Source: Anaeromyxobacter sp. (lineage in GTDB: Bacteria; Myxococcota; Myxococcia; Myxococcales; Anaeromyxobacteraceae). From it: a stretch of DNA of 64,000 nucleotides. The stretch's first letter is position 1. The number at the start of each line of letters is the position of its first letter. This document shows positions 40,308 to 50,632 of this stretch, piece by piece. Made by a program: the position numbers and the translations under genes. A model generated the notes under the pieces. It was given only the letters and a program-made list of their open reading frames with translations, was not told where the DNA came from and did no database searches. The stretch is from contig JASGJN010000019.1 of NCBI GenBank assembly GCA_049840735.1, positions 18,169 through 82,168 on the forward strand, read 5' to 3'.

Positions 40308-42162
40308 ATGCCCGGAATGTCCCCCCGAGACCCCGGTCCCGATCGGCAGGAACGCCGCGCGCGCGGCGTCACCGCGCGGCTGCTCCAGGGAAAGGGCCGG
40401 GTGGGCGCGCCCCGCTTCGGCCAGGCCTTCACCATCGGCACGGCGCCCTCCTGCGACGTCCAGGTGGACGCCCCCGGCCTTCCGCCGGTCCACGCCGAGG
40501 TGCTGCCGGACGGGATCCTCTGGTGGATCCGCGACCTCTCCGGCGGGCCCGGGACCTTCGTCAACGGCGCCCGCGCGCAGATGGTGCCGCTGCGGGATCG
40601 CGCCGAGGTGGAGCTGGGCAAGGGCGGCCCGCGCCTCGAGCTGGTGGTGCAGAAGGCGGGACGGGGGGAGGAGGACGAGGAGCAGGAGGAGGACGACGAC
40701 GACGAGGAGGCGCCGCAGCCGGCCGCCCCCGCTCGGCCCTCGCCCTTCGACTCCGCGAGCCCTGCGGGCTCGCTACGCTCAGGGCGAACGGATCGGGACC
40801 CCCAGCCGCCGGCAGCTTCGCAGCCCGGCCCGAAGCCGCCCGTCGCGACGCTCATCACCCCCGTCCCGCAGAAGGGCGCACCGCCGCCGGTGAAGACCGA
40901 GCTCCAGCCGGCCCGCCCTGCCACGGGAAAGGGCCAGCCCCCGCCCCCGCGCCCGGACGACGACGATGACGCCCCCACGGTGAAGCGCCCGCCGCGCAAG
41001 GGCGCCGCCGAGCCCGGGCCCAGCGGGAAGCCCGCCACGGAGAAGGACCTGCTGCGCCGCTTCCTGCGCAAGGACGCGCCCGGCGCGGCGGTCGGCCACG
41101 AGACCATGATGTTCCGCAAGGCGCTGGCCACCGCCAAGAAGCGGTCGCTGCTACCCTGGCAGATCCTGGCCTCGGTGGCGCTCACCGCGGCGCTGCTGGC
41201 GGCCGGCGTCATCTACCACCAGCAGCGCAAGCTCACCGAGCTGCGCGCCAGCGCCGAGAAGCTCTTCTACGCCTCCCGCGCCATGGAGGTGGAGGTGGCC
41301 CAGCTCGAGGAGATCGTGCTGGCCCACACCGACCGGAAGGTCCTGCAGGAGCTGCTGGACCGGAAGTCCAGGCACGCCGCGCTGGAGGCCGAGTACGACA
41401 GCTTCGTGCGCGAGCTGGGCGTCTACGCCAAGGCCTCGCGCGACGAGCAGGTGATCATGCGCGTGGCCCGCGCCTTCGGCGAGTGCGGAATCGGCATGCC
41501 GAAGGACTTCGTGGCCCAGGTGCGGATCTACGTGGACCGCTGGCGCACCTCCAACCGGCTGGCCAACGCCCTGAAGCGCTCGGCGGCGCGCGGCTACGGC
41601 CCGGCCATCCAGCGCGTCTTCGTGGAGGCCGGGCTGCCCCAGGCAGTACGTCTACCTGCCGCTGCAGGAGAGCGGCTACGACGACCGCGCGGTGGGCCCG
41701 CCCACCCGCTACGGCCACGCCAAGGGCATGTGGCAGTTCATCTCCGCCACCGCCACGCGCTACGGCCTGCAGATCGGTCCGCTCTACAATCAGCCGGCCT
41801 ACGACCCGCGCGACGACCGGTTCGACTGGCAGAAGGCCACCACCGCGGCCGTGCGCTACATCAAGGAGCTGAACGCCGAGGAGGCCCAGGCCTCCGGGCT
41901 CCTGGTCCTGGCCTCCTACAACTGGGGCGAGACGCACGTCCGGGAGACCATCGAGAGCCTCCCGGCCAACCCGCGGGAGCGGAACTTCTGGCGGCTGCTC
42001 CGTGACCGGCGCGTCCCGAAGGAGACCTACGACTACGTCATGTCGATCTTCTCGGCCGCCGTGATCTGCGAGGATCCGAAGCTTTTCGGCTTCGACCTGA
42101 CCTGCCCCGAGCTGCAGGAGCTGGACGTACGTCCGGCCAGCGGCGCCCCCGCGCGGCAGTGA
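40308..42162 (+). CDS. FHA domain - acidic/Pro-rich linker - TM helix - coiled coil - lytic transglycosylase (SLT) fusion, frameshift near 41645
   Basis: The FHA part is FTIGTAPSCDVQVDAPGLPPVHAEV...IRDLSGGPGTFVNG. The TM helix is ILASVALTAALLAAGVIY. The SLT core is LPLQESGYDDRAV...AKGMWQFISATATRYGL...ASYNWGE. Confidence 0.7.
40743..40791 (+). repeat. REP-like palindromic element embedded in frame inside the FHA-SLT CDS
   Basis: cccttcgactcc-gcgagccc-tgc-gggctcgc-tacgctcagggcgaacgg has the same arms as the intergenic copies at 52775 and 56650. It is translated as PFDSASPAGSLRSGRT. Confidence 0.7.
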
Positions 42163-42317
42163 GCCACAGCCGGCCGGCCCTGGCCCGTCGATCCCCGTCC
42201 TGGGGGTGAAACAGCCGCATGGCCAGACCCCTCGTTTCGAGGGATACTGACCGGACCGGCAGTGCACACAGGATGGGCCCCGGCCACGCGCAGCGCGGCC
42301 GTCGGGAGGGGAACCGC

Positions 42318-44938
42318 ATGCGCGTCGAGGCTCGCTCGCTGGTCCGGAAGCTCACCCCCACCGCCACCCGCGCGCTCGAGGCCTCGGTGGGCCGCGCCGC
42401 CCAGGGCGGCTACTACGAGCTGACGGTGGAGCACCTGCTCTCGTCGCTGCTCGAGCCGGACGAAGGCGACGTCGCGCTGCTGATGCAGGCGCACGGCGCC
42501 AATCGCCGCCGGCTGGCCGGCGCGGTGGAGCGGGTCCTCTCCGCCATGAAGACCGGCAACCCGGGGCGCCCGGTCATCTCGGAGAGCGTCTTCACCTGGC
42601 TGGAGGAGGCCTGGCTGACCGCGTCGGTGGACCTGGGCGCGTCCAAGCTGCGCACCGGCCACCTGCTGCTGCAGCTGGTCGCCAAGCCCGACCGCTACAC
42701 CGGCGACTCCTACGCGGTGCTGGAGGAGCTGGACGAGAAGGCCATGAAGGCCGGGCTGGAGGACCTGCTGGCCGGCAGCCCGGAGGCGCACGAGGCGCTG
42801 GTGGAGGGCGCGGCGGCGCCGGGCGGCGAGGGTGCTCCCGGCAAGCCCGGGCAGGCCGGCGGTGAGGCGCTGGCGCGCTTCGCCACCAACTTCACGCAGC
42901 GCGCCCGCGACGGCAAGATCGACCCCATCTTCGGCCGCCACCGCGAGATCCGCCAGGTGATCGACATCCTGGCCCGCCGCCGCAAGAACAACCCCATCAT
43001 CGTGGGCGAGCCGGGCGTGGGGAAGACCGCGCTGGTCGAGGGGCTGGCGATCGCCATCGCCGCGGGCGACGTGCCGGACGCGCTGAAGGAGGTCGAGCTG
43101 CTGGGGCTCGACCTGGGGCTGCTCCAGGCCGGCGCCAGCGTGCGCGGCGAGTTCGAGAACCGGCTCAAGGCGGTCATCTCGGAGGTGAAGGCCTCGGCCC
43201 GGCCCATCATCCTCTTCATCGACGAGGCCCACACCATGATCGGCGCCGGCGGCACGGCCGGCGGCAGCGACGCGGCCAACCTGCTCAAGCCGGCGCTGGC
43301 GCGCGGCGAGCTGCGGACCATCGCGGCCACCACCTGGAGCGAGTACAAGAAGTACTTCGAGAAGGACGCCGCCCTGGAGCGGCGCTTCCAGCCGGTCAAG
43401 GTGGACGAGCCCTCCGACGAGGACGCGGTGGTGATGCTGCGCGGCCTGCGCGCCGCCTACGAGGCGGCGCACGGGGTGGTGATCCGCGACGAGGCCATCA
43501 CCGCCGCCGTGACCCTGTCCCGCCGCTACCTCTCCGGCCGGCAGCTGCCGGACAAGGCGGTGGACCTGCTCGACACCGCCGCCGCCCGCGTCAAGATCGC
43601 CCTGGCCGCCCGGCCGGAGGCGCTGGTGGCGGCGCAGGAGGAGATCGCCGCCCTGGAGCGGGCCCGCGCCGCGGTGACCCGCGACGTGACCGACGGCCAG
43701 CGCAAGGAGGACGGCGCGGTGGCCGACCTCGACGCCCGCCTGGCGGCGGCGCGCGACCGCGTGGCGGGGCTGGAGACGCGGCTGGGCGCGGAGCGCGCGG
43801 CGGTGGAGGCCCTGCGCGCGGCGCGGGCCGCGCTGGCCGAGGGGAAGGGCGACCGGGCCGCGGTGGACGCGGCGGCGGAGGCGCTGGCCAAGCTGCAGGG
43901 CGAGCGCCCGCTGCTCCACGCCGAGGTGGACGCCGACGCGGTGGCCCGCGTGATCGAGGCCTGGACCGGCGTGCCGGCGGGCAAGATGCGCTCGGGGCAG
44001 ATCCAGGCGGTGCTGGAGGTCGAGCAGCGGCTCACCGAGCGCGTGAAGGGGCAGCCGGAGGCGGTGAAGGCGGTGGCCGAGGCGCTGCGCATCTCGCACG
44101 CCGGCATCCGCAACCCGGGCGCGCCGGTGGGCGTGCTGCTCTTCGTGGGCCCCAGCGGCGTGGGCAAGACCGAGACCGCGGTGGCGCTGGCCGACCTGCT
44201 CTACGGCGGCGAGCGGTTCATGACCCAGATCGCCATGAGCGAGTTCCAGGAGAAGCACTCGGTCTCGCGGCTGATCGGCTCGCCCCCGGGCTACGTCGGC
44301 TACGGCGAGGGCGGCCGGCTCACCGAGGCGGTGCGGCAGCGCCCGTACTCGGTGGTGCTGCTGGACGAGTGCGAGAAGGCCGACCTGGAGGTGATGAACC
44401 TCTTCTACCAGGTGTTCGACAAGGGCACCCTCACCGACGGTGAGGGGCGCGAGGTGGACTTCAAGAACACCCTGGTGATCCTCACCTCCAACCTGGCCAC
44501 CGACCTGATCATGGCGGCCTTCGACGACGAGGAGAAGCCCACCGCCGAGCAGGTGGCGGCCGCCATCCGGCCCATCCTCTCCAAGCACTTCAAGCCGGCG
44601 CTGCTGGCCCGCATGACCATCGTCCCCTTCGCGCCGCTGCCGAAGGACGTGCTGAAGGGAGATCGTCCAGCTCAAGCTGGGCGCGCTGGCGAAGCGGCTC
44701 ACCGCCAGCCACGGCATCCAGGCCGCCTTCGCGCCGGAGCTGGTGGACCACCTGGCCGGCCGCTGCCAGGACCCGGGAGACCGGCGCCCGCAACGTGGAC
44801 CACGTGCTGCGCGGCGGGCTCATGTCCGACCTCGCCCGCGCGCTGCTGGAGCGGATGGCCTCCGGCACCCCCGCCGCCCGCGTGGCGGTGGCGGTGGACG
44901 CCCAGGGCGCCTTCCAGATCACCTTCGACGAGGCCTGA
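42318..44938 (+). CDS. clpV: ClpV (TssH) AAA+ ATPase, two apparent +1 frameshifts near the 3' end (~44658, ~44777)
   Basis: The Clp N-domain is followed by Walker A motifs GEPGVGKTA and GPSGVGKTE. Other matches are RFQPVKVDEPS and SRLIGSPPGYVGYGEGG. The tail EIVQLKLGALAKRL... / ETGARNVDHVLRGG...FDEA* is in the two other frames. Confidence 0.9.
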
Positions 44939-44941
44939 GCC

Positions 44942-46465
44942 ATGCTCGCCCTGCACGTCCGTGTCCAGGAGCTCGACGGCGGCGGGACCCACGAGACCTA
45001 CGCGTTCCACCGCTCGCCGGTGCGCGTGGGGCGGGGCGAGCTGAACGACCTGCGGCTTGACTATCCGTACGTCTCGAACTGGCACGGGCTGATCCAGTTC
45101 GACGACGAGGGGATCCGCTTCGTGGACCTGGGGTCCACCAACGGCTCGTTCCTGGACGGCGTGCGGCTGGACAAGAACGTCCAGGCCACCATCCAGCCCA
45201 GCCACGAGCTCCTGCTGGGCCGGCTGCAGCTGGTGCTGAGCCGCGAGAGCGCCGAGGCGCACGCGCCGGCGCCGCCGGCCCCGCCGCACTCGGTGACGAT
45301 GTTCGCCCGGCGCGTGGCGCTGGACCAGGCCGTGGCCGGCGCCCTCTCCGGCCGGCTGGAGAAGCTGGCCCGCGAGGAGGCGGGCGCGCCTGCCCTCCCG
45401 GTCGAGCCGGCGGCTCCGCACGTCGAGGCCGCGCACGCGCCGGCGCCGCACCTCCCGGCGCCCCCGCCTCCATCTCCGCTCCCGCCCCCGCCGCCTGCGC
45501 CGGTGGCCGACAGCCCGGCCCTGCTGGCCGCACTGGACACCGCCTCCTGGCAGCTGGGCGTGCTGCACGACGCCTGCAAGCAGGCCGACGAGAACTTCAC
45601 GGCGGCGCTGGACCAGGCCATCGCCTTCCTGAGCGAGCCGGAGCAGGCCCGCGCCCGGGTGCTCGCGGCCGAGCGCTTCCCGAACGCGCCGGGCCAGCCC
45701 GCCGCCGCCGCGCCGCCGGCCTGGGCGGCCCCGGCTCCGGTGGTTCCGGATCAGGCGGCCCCGCCCCGCTCGGACTCCGTTCGCGGTGAGCCTGTCGAAC
45801 CGCGAACGGGGGCTGAATGGGGCCCAGGACGGCCCCCCGACGACAGCCCCGGCGCCGCCACCGCGCTGCTGCGCGTCTTCGCCGAGGCCTACCTCGGGCC
45901 GGAGGCCGCCCCGCGCACGCCCGAGGCCCAGCAGGCGCTGCTCTCGGTGCTGGCCGAGGTGCTGGAGACGGCGGCGCGCGGCTACCTCGAGCTGCGCAGC
46001 GGCTACGAGCAGTTCGCCCGCGAGATCGGCATCCGCCTGCCGCGCAGCGAGGGGGCCATCGGCAAGATCACCGACGCCAACCAGCTGGTGACCTGGCTGC
46101 TCCAGCCCACCGACGGCGAGCCGCGCGCCCACCAGCTGGGCAGCGCCTTCGCGGATCTCATGATCCACCAGGTGGGCCTGCTGAACGGCGTGCAGGCCGG
46201 CGGCCGCGCCCTGCTGGACCGCCTGTCGCCCGGCGCGCTGACGCGCGAGGTGGAGAAGAAGGGCGGCTTCGGCATCGGCCTCCGCCCGCTTCGCGAGGCG
46301 GCGCTGTGGCGGGCGCTGGAGGAGAAGTTCCAGGAGCTGACAGAGGAGGACAACGCCGTCACCGACGTCCTCTTCGGCAAGGAGTTCGCGCGGGCCTACG
46401 CGGCCCTGACCGGCCGCCGCCCCACCGGCGACAGCGACCCGCGCCTCGACCAGAAGCGGCGCTGA
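44942..46465 (+). CDS. tagH: TagH-like T6SS-associated FHA-domain protein
   Basis: The N-terminal FHA is VRVGRGELNDLRLDYPYVSNWHGLIQFDDEGIRFVDLGSTNGSF. A Pro/Ala linker follows. The conserved C-terminal part is LAEVLETAARGYLELRSGYEQFAREIGI...FADLMIHQVGLLNG. Confidence 0.75.
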   Translation: MLALHVRVQELDGGGTHETYAFHRSPVRVGRGELNDLRLDYPYVSNWHGLIQFDDEGIRFVDLGSTNGSFLDGVRLDKNVQATIQPSHELLLGRLQLVLSRESAEAHAPAPPAPPHSVTMFARRVALDQAVAGALSGRLEKLAREEAGAPALPVEPAAPHVEAAHAPAPHLPAPPPPSPLPPPPPAPVADSPALLAALDTASWQLGVLHDACKQADENFTAALDQAIAFLSEPEQARARVLAAERFPNAPGQPAAAAPPAWAAPAPVVPDQAAPPRSDSVRGEPVEPRTGAEWGPGRPPDDSPGAATALLRVFAEAYLGPEAAPRTPEAQQALLSVLAEVLETAARGYLELRSGYEQFAREIGIRLPRSEGAIGKITDANQLVTWLLQPTDGEPRAHQLGSAFADLMIHQVGLLNGVQAGGRALLDRLSPGALTREVEKKGGFGIGLRPLREAALWRALEEKFQELTEEDNAVTDVLFGKEFARAYAALTGRRPTGDSDPRLDQKRR

Positions 46466-46485
46466 GCGCCCCCCGGAGACCCACC

Positions 46486-47433
46486 ATGAACCGTTCCTCG
46501 CGCTCCGCCGCGCCCGCCCTCGCGGCGCTCGCCCTGGCCCTGCCCGCCTGCGCCCCCACCAGCCCGCACCCCTGGTCCTACGAGGGCATCTGCTCCGTCG
46601 ACGTGGACATGGGCCAGGCCGCCGACGCGGCCGCCTGGCGACGCCTGGTGCTGGGTGACCGCTCCCACCGCGGCGTGCGGGACTGCACCGGCACGCCGGT
46701 GGTGTGGGAGGGCCCGGTGCTCCAGTGCGGCGACGCCGAGGTCACCCGCGCCGCGCTGCCGGCCCGCCCCGCCTCGGAAGGCGGCGAGGACGTGGTGGTC
46801 AGCGACGTGGACCCCTCGCACAAGCTGGTCTGGGTGCTCACCGACTTCCTGGCCACCGGCGACGCGCTGGGGCCGGTGGCGCTGGTCGAGATCCGCAACC
46901 GCATGATCCGCGTCGAGGCCATCGGCACGCTGCGCGCCTACCGGAGCGCCAAGCTGCGCCTGGTCCACTCCGGCGGCGCGGTGGTGCTGGTGGCGGAGGG
47001 GCAGGGCTGCGCCGGCGCCGGCCCGTCCACCTGCGGGCGCGCGGCGCGCCTGATGGCGCTCTCCGGCGCGCGCTTCCAGCAGAGCCAGCTGGTGGACGCC
47101 GGCGGCAGCTGCCTGGGCGCGGGCTGGGTGCAGCTGCAGCGCGAGGAGTACGAGGGCGGCACCGGCGGGCGCGAGCGCGTCTTCCGCCTCGACGCCTCGG
47201 TGGCCGGCGCCCCGGACGGCCTGAAGCTGACCGAGCTGGTCACCGTCCACGACCGCGACCCGCGCCGCCCCGAGGCGCCGGAGAAGCTGGTGCGCCGGGC
47301 CGAGTCCACCGCCGTCTACCGCGTGAACGGCGCCAACCTGGCCGGCGAGGCCGGCCCGCTCTGGGCCCGCATGGCCCCCGCCCCGGCGCCCGCCGCGCCG
47401 GTGCCGGTGCCGGCGCGCGGCCGCCGGAACTGA
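46486..47433 (+). CDS. hypothetical lipoprotein downstream of tagH
   Basis: The lipobox is LALALPACAP. The ORF is an intact 315 aa. I recognised no family. Confidence 0.5.
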   Translation: MNRSSRSAAPALAALALALPACAPTSPHPWSYEGICSVDVDMGQAADAAAWRRLVLGDRSHRGVRDCTGTPVVWEGPVLQCGDAEVTRAALPARPASEGGEDVVVSDVDPSHKLVWVLTDFLATGDALGPVALVEIRNRMIRVEAIGTLRAYRSAKLRLVHSGGAVVLVAEGQGCAGAGPSTCGRAARLMALSGARFQQSQLVDAGGSCLGAGWVQLQREEYEGGTGGRERVFRLDASVAGAPDGLKLTELVTVHDRDPRRPEAPEKLVRRAESTAVYRVNGANLAGEAGPLWARMAPAPAPAAPVPVPARGRRN

Positions 47434-47539
47434 GCGGGGTCCGGCTGCCCTCCGACTTCGCCGTGCCATCGGGACAAGCGGGACGGGGGGTGGGCCGATC
47501 CCGGTCCCGAGCGCGGCTTCCCCTTGGCGACGCGGTAGA

Positions 47540-49590
47540 GCGGCGGCGCGATCGCACCGGAGGGGACGGCACTGCGGGCCTTGCGAAGGATCCGTTCGGG
47601 CTGAGCGTAGCGGCCGCGAGGCGGCCGCGGAGTCGAAGCCCAAGGTTGCCACCGGGATCCGCAGGCGTTCGGTCCCCGTTCATCCTTCGACTCCGGGCCC
47701 GGTCCACCGGATCCTGCCGAGCCGAGGCCGGGCCCCTACGCTCAGGACGAACGGATGTGGGACCGCGATCGCACCGGAGAGGACGGCACTGCGGGCCTTG
47801 CGAAGGATCCGTTCGGGCTGAGCGTAGCGGCCGCGTAGCGGCCGCGGAGTCGAAGCCCAAGGTTGCCACCGGGATCCGCAGGCGTTCGGTCCCCGTTCAT
47901 CCTTCGACTTCGGGCCCGGTCCACCGGATCCTGCCGAGCCGAGGCCGGGCCCTACGCTCAGGACGAACGGGATGGGGACCGCGATCGCACCGGTGGGGAA
48001 CGGCACTGCGGGCCTTGCGAAGGATCCGTTCGGGCTGAGCGTAGCGGCCGCGAGGCGGCCGCGGAGTCGAAGCCCAGGGCTTGCCACCGGGAGCCGCAGG
48101 CGTTCGGTCCCCGTTCATCCTTCGACTCCGGGCCCGGCCCACCGGATCCTGCCGAGCCGAGGCCGGGCCCTACGCTCAGGACGAACGGGATGGGGACCGC
48201 AATCGCACCGGAGGGGACGGCACTGCGGGCCTTGCGAAGGATCCGTTCGGGCTGAGCGTAGCGGCCGCGTAGCGGCCGCGGAGTCGAAGCCCAAGGTTGC
48301 CACCGGGATCCGCAGGCGTTCGGTCCCCGTTCATCCTTCGACTTCGGGCCCGGTCCACCGGATCCTGCCGAGCCGAGGCCGGGCCCTACGCTCAGGACGA
48401 ACGGGATGGGGACCGCGATCGCACCGGTGGGGAACGGCACTGCGGGCCTTGCGAAGGATCCGTTCGGGCTGAGCGTAGCGGCCGCGAGGCGGCCGCGGAG
48501 TCGAAGCCCAGGGCTTGCCACCGGGAGCCGCAGGCGTTCGGTCCCCGTTCATCCTTCGACTCCGGGCCTGGTCCACCGGATCCTGCCCGAGCCGAGTCCG
48601 GGCCCTACGCTCAGGACGAACGGGATGGGGACCGCAATCGCACCGGAGGGGACGGCACTGCGGGCCTTGCGAAGGATCCGTTCGGGCTGAGCGTAGCGGC
48701 CGCGAAGCGGCCGCGGAGTGGAAGCCCAGGGCTTGCCACCGGGATTCGCAGGCGTTCGGTCCCCGTTCATCCTTCGACTCCGGGCCCGGCCCACCGGATC
48801 CTGCCGAGCCGAGGCCGGGCCCTACGCTCAGGACGAACGGATGGGGACCGCGATCGCACCGGAGGAGACGGCACTGCGGGCCTTGCGAAGGATCCGTTCG
48901 GGCTGAGCGTAGCGGCCGCGAGGCGGCCGCGGAGTCGAAGCCCAAGGTTGCCACCGGGATCCGCAGGCGTTCGGTCCCCGTTCATCCTTCGACTCCGGGC
49001 CCGGTCCACCGGATCCTGCCGAGCCGAGGCCGGGCCCTACGCTCAGGACGAACGGGGATGGGGGACCGCGATCGCACCGGAGGGGACGGCACTGCGGGCC
49101 TTGCGAAGGATCCGTTCGGGCTGAGCGTAGCGGCCGCGAAGCGGCCGCGGAGTCGAAGCCCAGGGCTTGCCACCGGGAGCCGCAGGCGTTCGGTCCCCGT
49201 TCATCCTTCGACTCCGGGCCTGGTCCACCGGATCCTGCCGAGCCGAGGCCGGGCCCTACGCTCAGGACGAACGGGATGGGGACCGCGATCGCACCGGAGA
49301 TGCTCGCGGCGCAGCCAATCCGTTCGGGCTGAGCGTAGCGGCCGCGTAGCGGCCGCGGAGTCGAAGCCCAGGGCTTGCCACCGGGATCCGCAGGCGTTCG
49401 GTCCCCGTTCATCCTTCGACTTCGGGCCCGGTCCACCGGATCCTGCCGAGCCGAGGCCGGGCCCTACGCTCAGGACGAACGGGATGGGGACCGCGATCGC
49501 ACCAGTGGGGACGGCACTGCGGGCCTTGCGAAGGATCCGTTCGGGCTGAGCGTAGCGGCCGCGAGGCGGCCGCGGAGTCGAAGCCCAGGC
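47540..49590. repeat. tandem array (~9.5 copies) of a ~217-bp composite unit built from two REP-like palindromic elements in opposite orientation (BIME-like)
   Basis: The marker gcgggccttg recurs at 47575, 47791, 48008, 48225, 48442, 48660, 48876 and 49094 (spacing 216-218), and again at ~49519 (425 bp later, i.e. two units). Each unit holds one ccttcgactcc...ctacgctcaggacgaacgg element and one inverted ccgttcgggctgagcgtag-gcggccgc...gcggccgc-ggagtcgaagcc element. Confidence 0.9.
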
Positions 49591-49620
49591 GCGGGGTGGT
49601 CCTCGCGAGCGGCCCCACCC

Positions 49621-50440
49621 TCACGCCCACGGCCGCAGCCGCTCCAGCTCCTCGCGGATGGCCTGATCGTCCGGCGCGGCCTTGTGGGCGTCCTCGAGCC
49701 GCGCCACGGCCAGGCCGATGCGGCCGGCGGCGAGGTGGTCGAGCGCCTCGGCGTAGAGCTTCTGCGCCGCGGGCGAGCGCCCTGGCGCGCGATCGGGCAG
49801 CTCGCGCCCGAGCGCGTCGGCAGCGGCGGCGATCTCGGCGCGATCGAAGATGGCGCGCCAGGCGCCGGGGCCGGGCGAGCGGGTCGGATCCAGCACCACC
49901 TGCCGGCGCGACACCAGCGCGAAGAGCGCCCCCACGGCGCGCTGCGGGCCCGGGCCGAAGGACTTCACCAGCGCCTCCACCGTCACGCCGCTGCCGATGC
50001 GGCGCAGCAGCGCCAGCTCCTCCGGCGCGAAGTCCACCAGGTAGCGGGGCGGCTCACCCAGGTAGACGCGCGAGCGGGCCGGCAGCCGCTCCGGGACGCG
50101 GCGCACCGCGCCGGCCGCCACGGCGTCGGCGGCCAGCAGCGCCTCGAACCAGCCGCGGTCGGTGGCGCCGGGGGTGAAGCGGATGCCCAGCCGCGAGGGC
50201 GACTGCGCGCGCGACCAGATCACCTTCCCGTGGGCGCGGATGGCGCGGCCCGGCGTCGAGAATCTCCAGGCTCACCTCGCGCCCGGGCTCGATCAGCCGC
50301 GGCGTCACCAGCTGGCACCCGCTGGGCCCGAGGTCCTCCGTCTCCGCCGCCCAGGACGAGAACCGGTGGCGGACCTGGACCGCATAGCGGGCCGGGAGGC
50401 GCGGGGCGCGCCTGGGGTTGAGGACGTCGGTGACGTTCAA
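49621..50440 (-). CDS. PilZ-domain protein with helical C-terminal part, frameshift near 50235; start uncertain
   Basis: NPRRAPRLPARY and EDLGPSGCQL (PilZ RxxxR / DxSxxG motifs) are in ORF 50054-50515. The gene continues as KVIWSRAQSPSRLGIRF in ORF 49621-50223. A candidate TTG lies at 50440 with GAGG upstream. Confidence 0.5.
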
Positions 50441-50632
50441 GATCGGGGACCTCTGCTGCGGGGGCCGGTGTGTATGCCAGGAACCTACTTGTCCTGGCAA
50501 CAGGGGACGCGCCAACGCTCAACCGGGGCGCTCGAGCCACCAACCCGTGCTGATGGTGAGGAATTCCACTGCGAGCGGAATGAGACCTGTCCGTTGCGTC
50601 GCAGCGGGGGCCCGAAGCGCTAGGCTGGGGCC

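Noticed and set aside
42033-44717. 894-aa minus-strand ORF.
   Set aside because: It lies antisense to clpV, which has unambiguous AAA+ motifs on the plus strand.
47540-49590. Possible CRISPR array.
   Set aside because: The whole 217-bp unit repeats, so there are no unique spacers. The unit is far longer than CRISPR repeats, and no cas genes are present.
47240-49630. Many 60-350-aa ORFs on both strands (for example 48515-49549, 47958-48521 and 48331-48954).
   Set aside because: Their peptides are periodic translations of the 217-bp tandem repeat and recur with the repeat period. They show no start or RBS context and are not genes.
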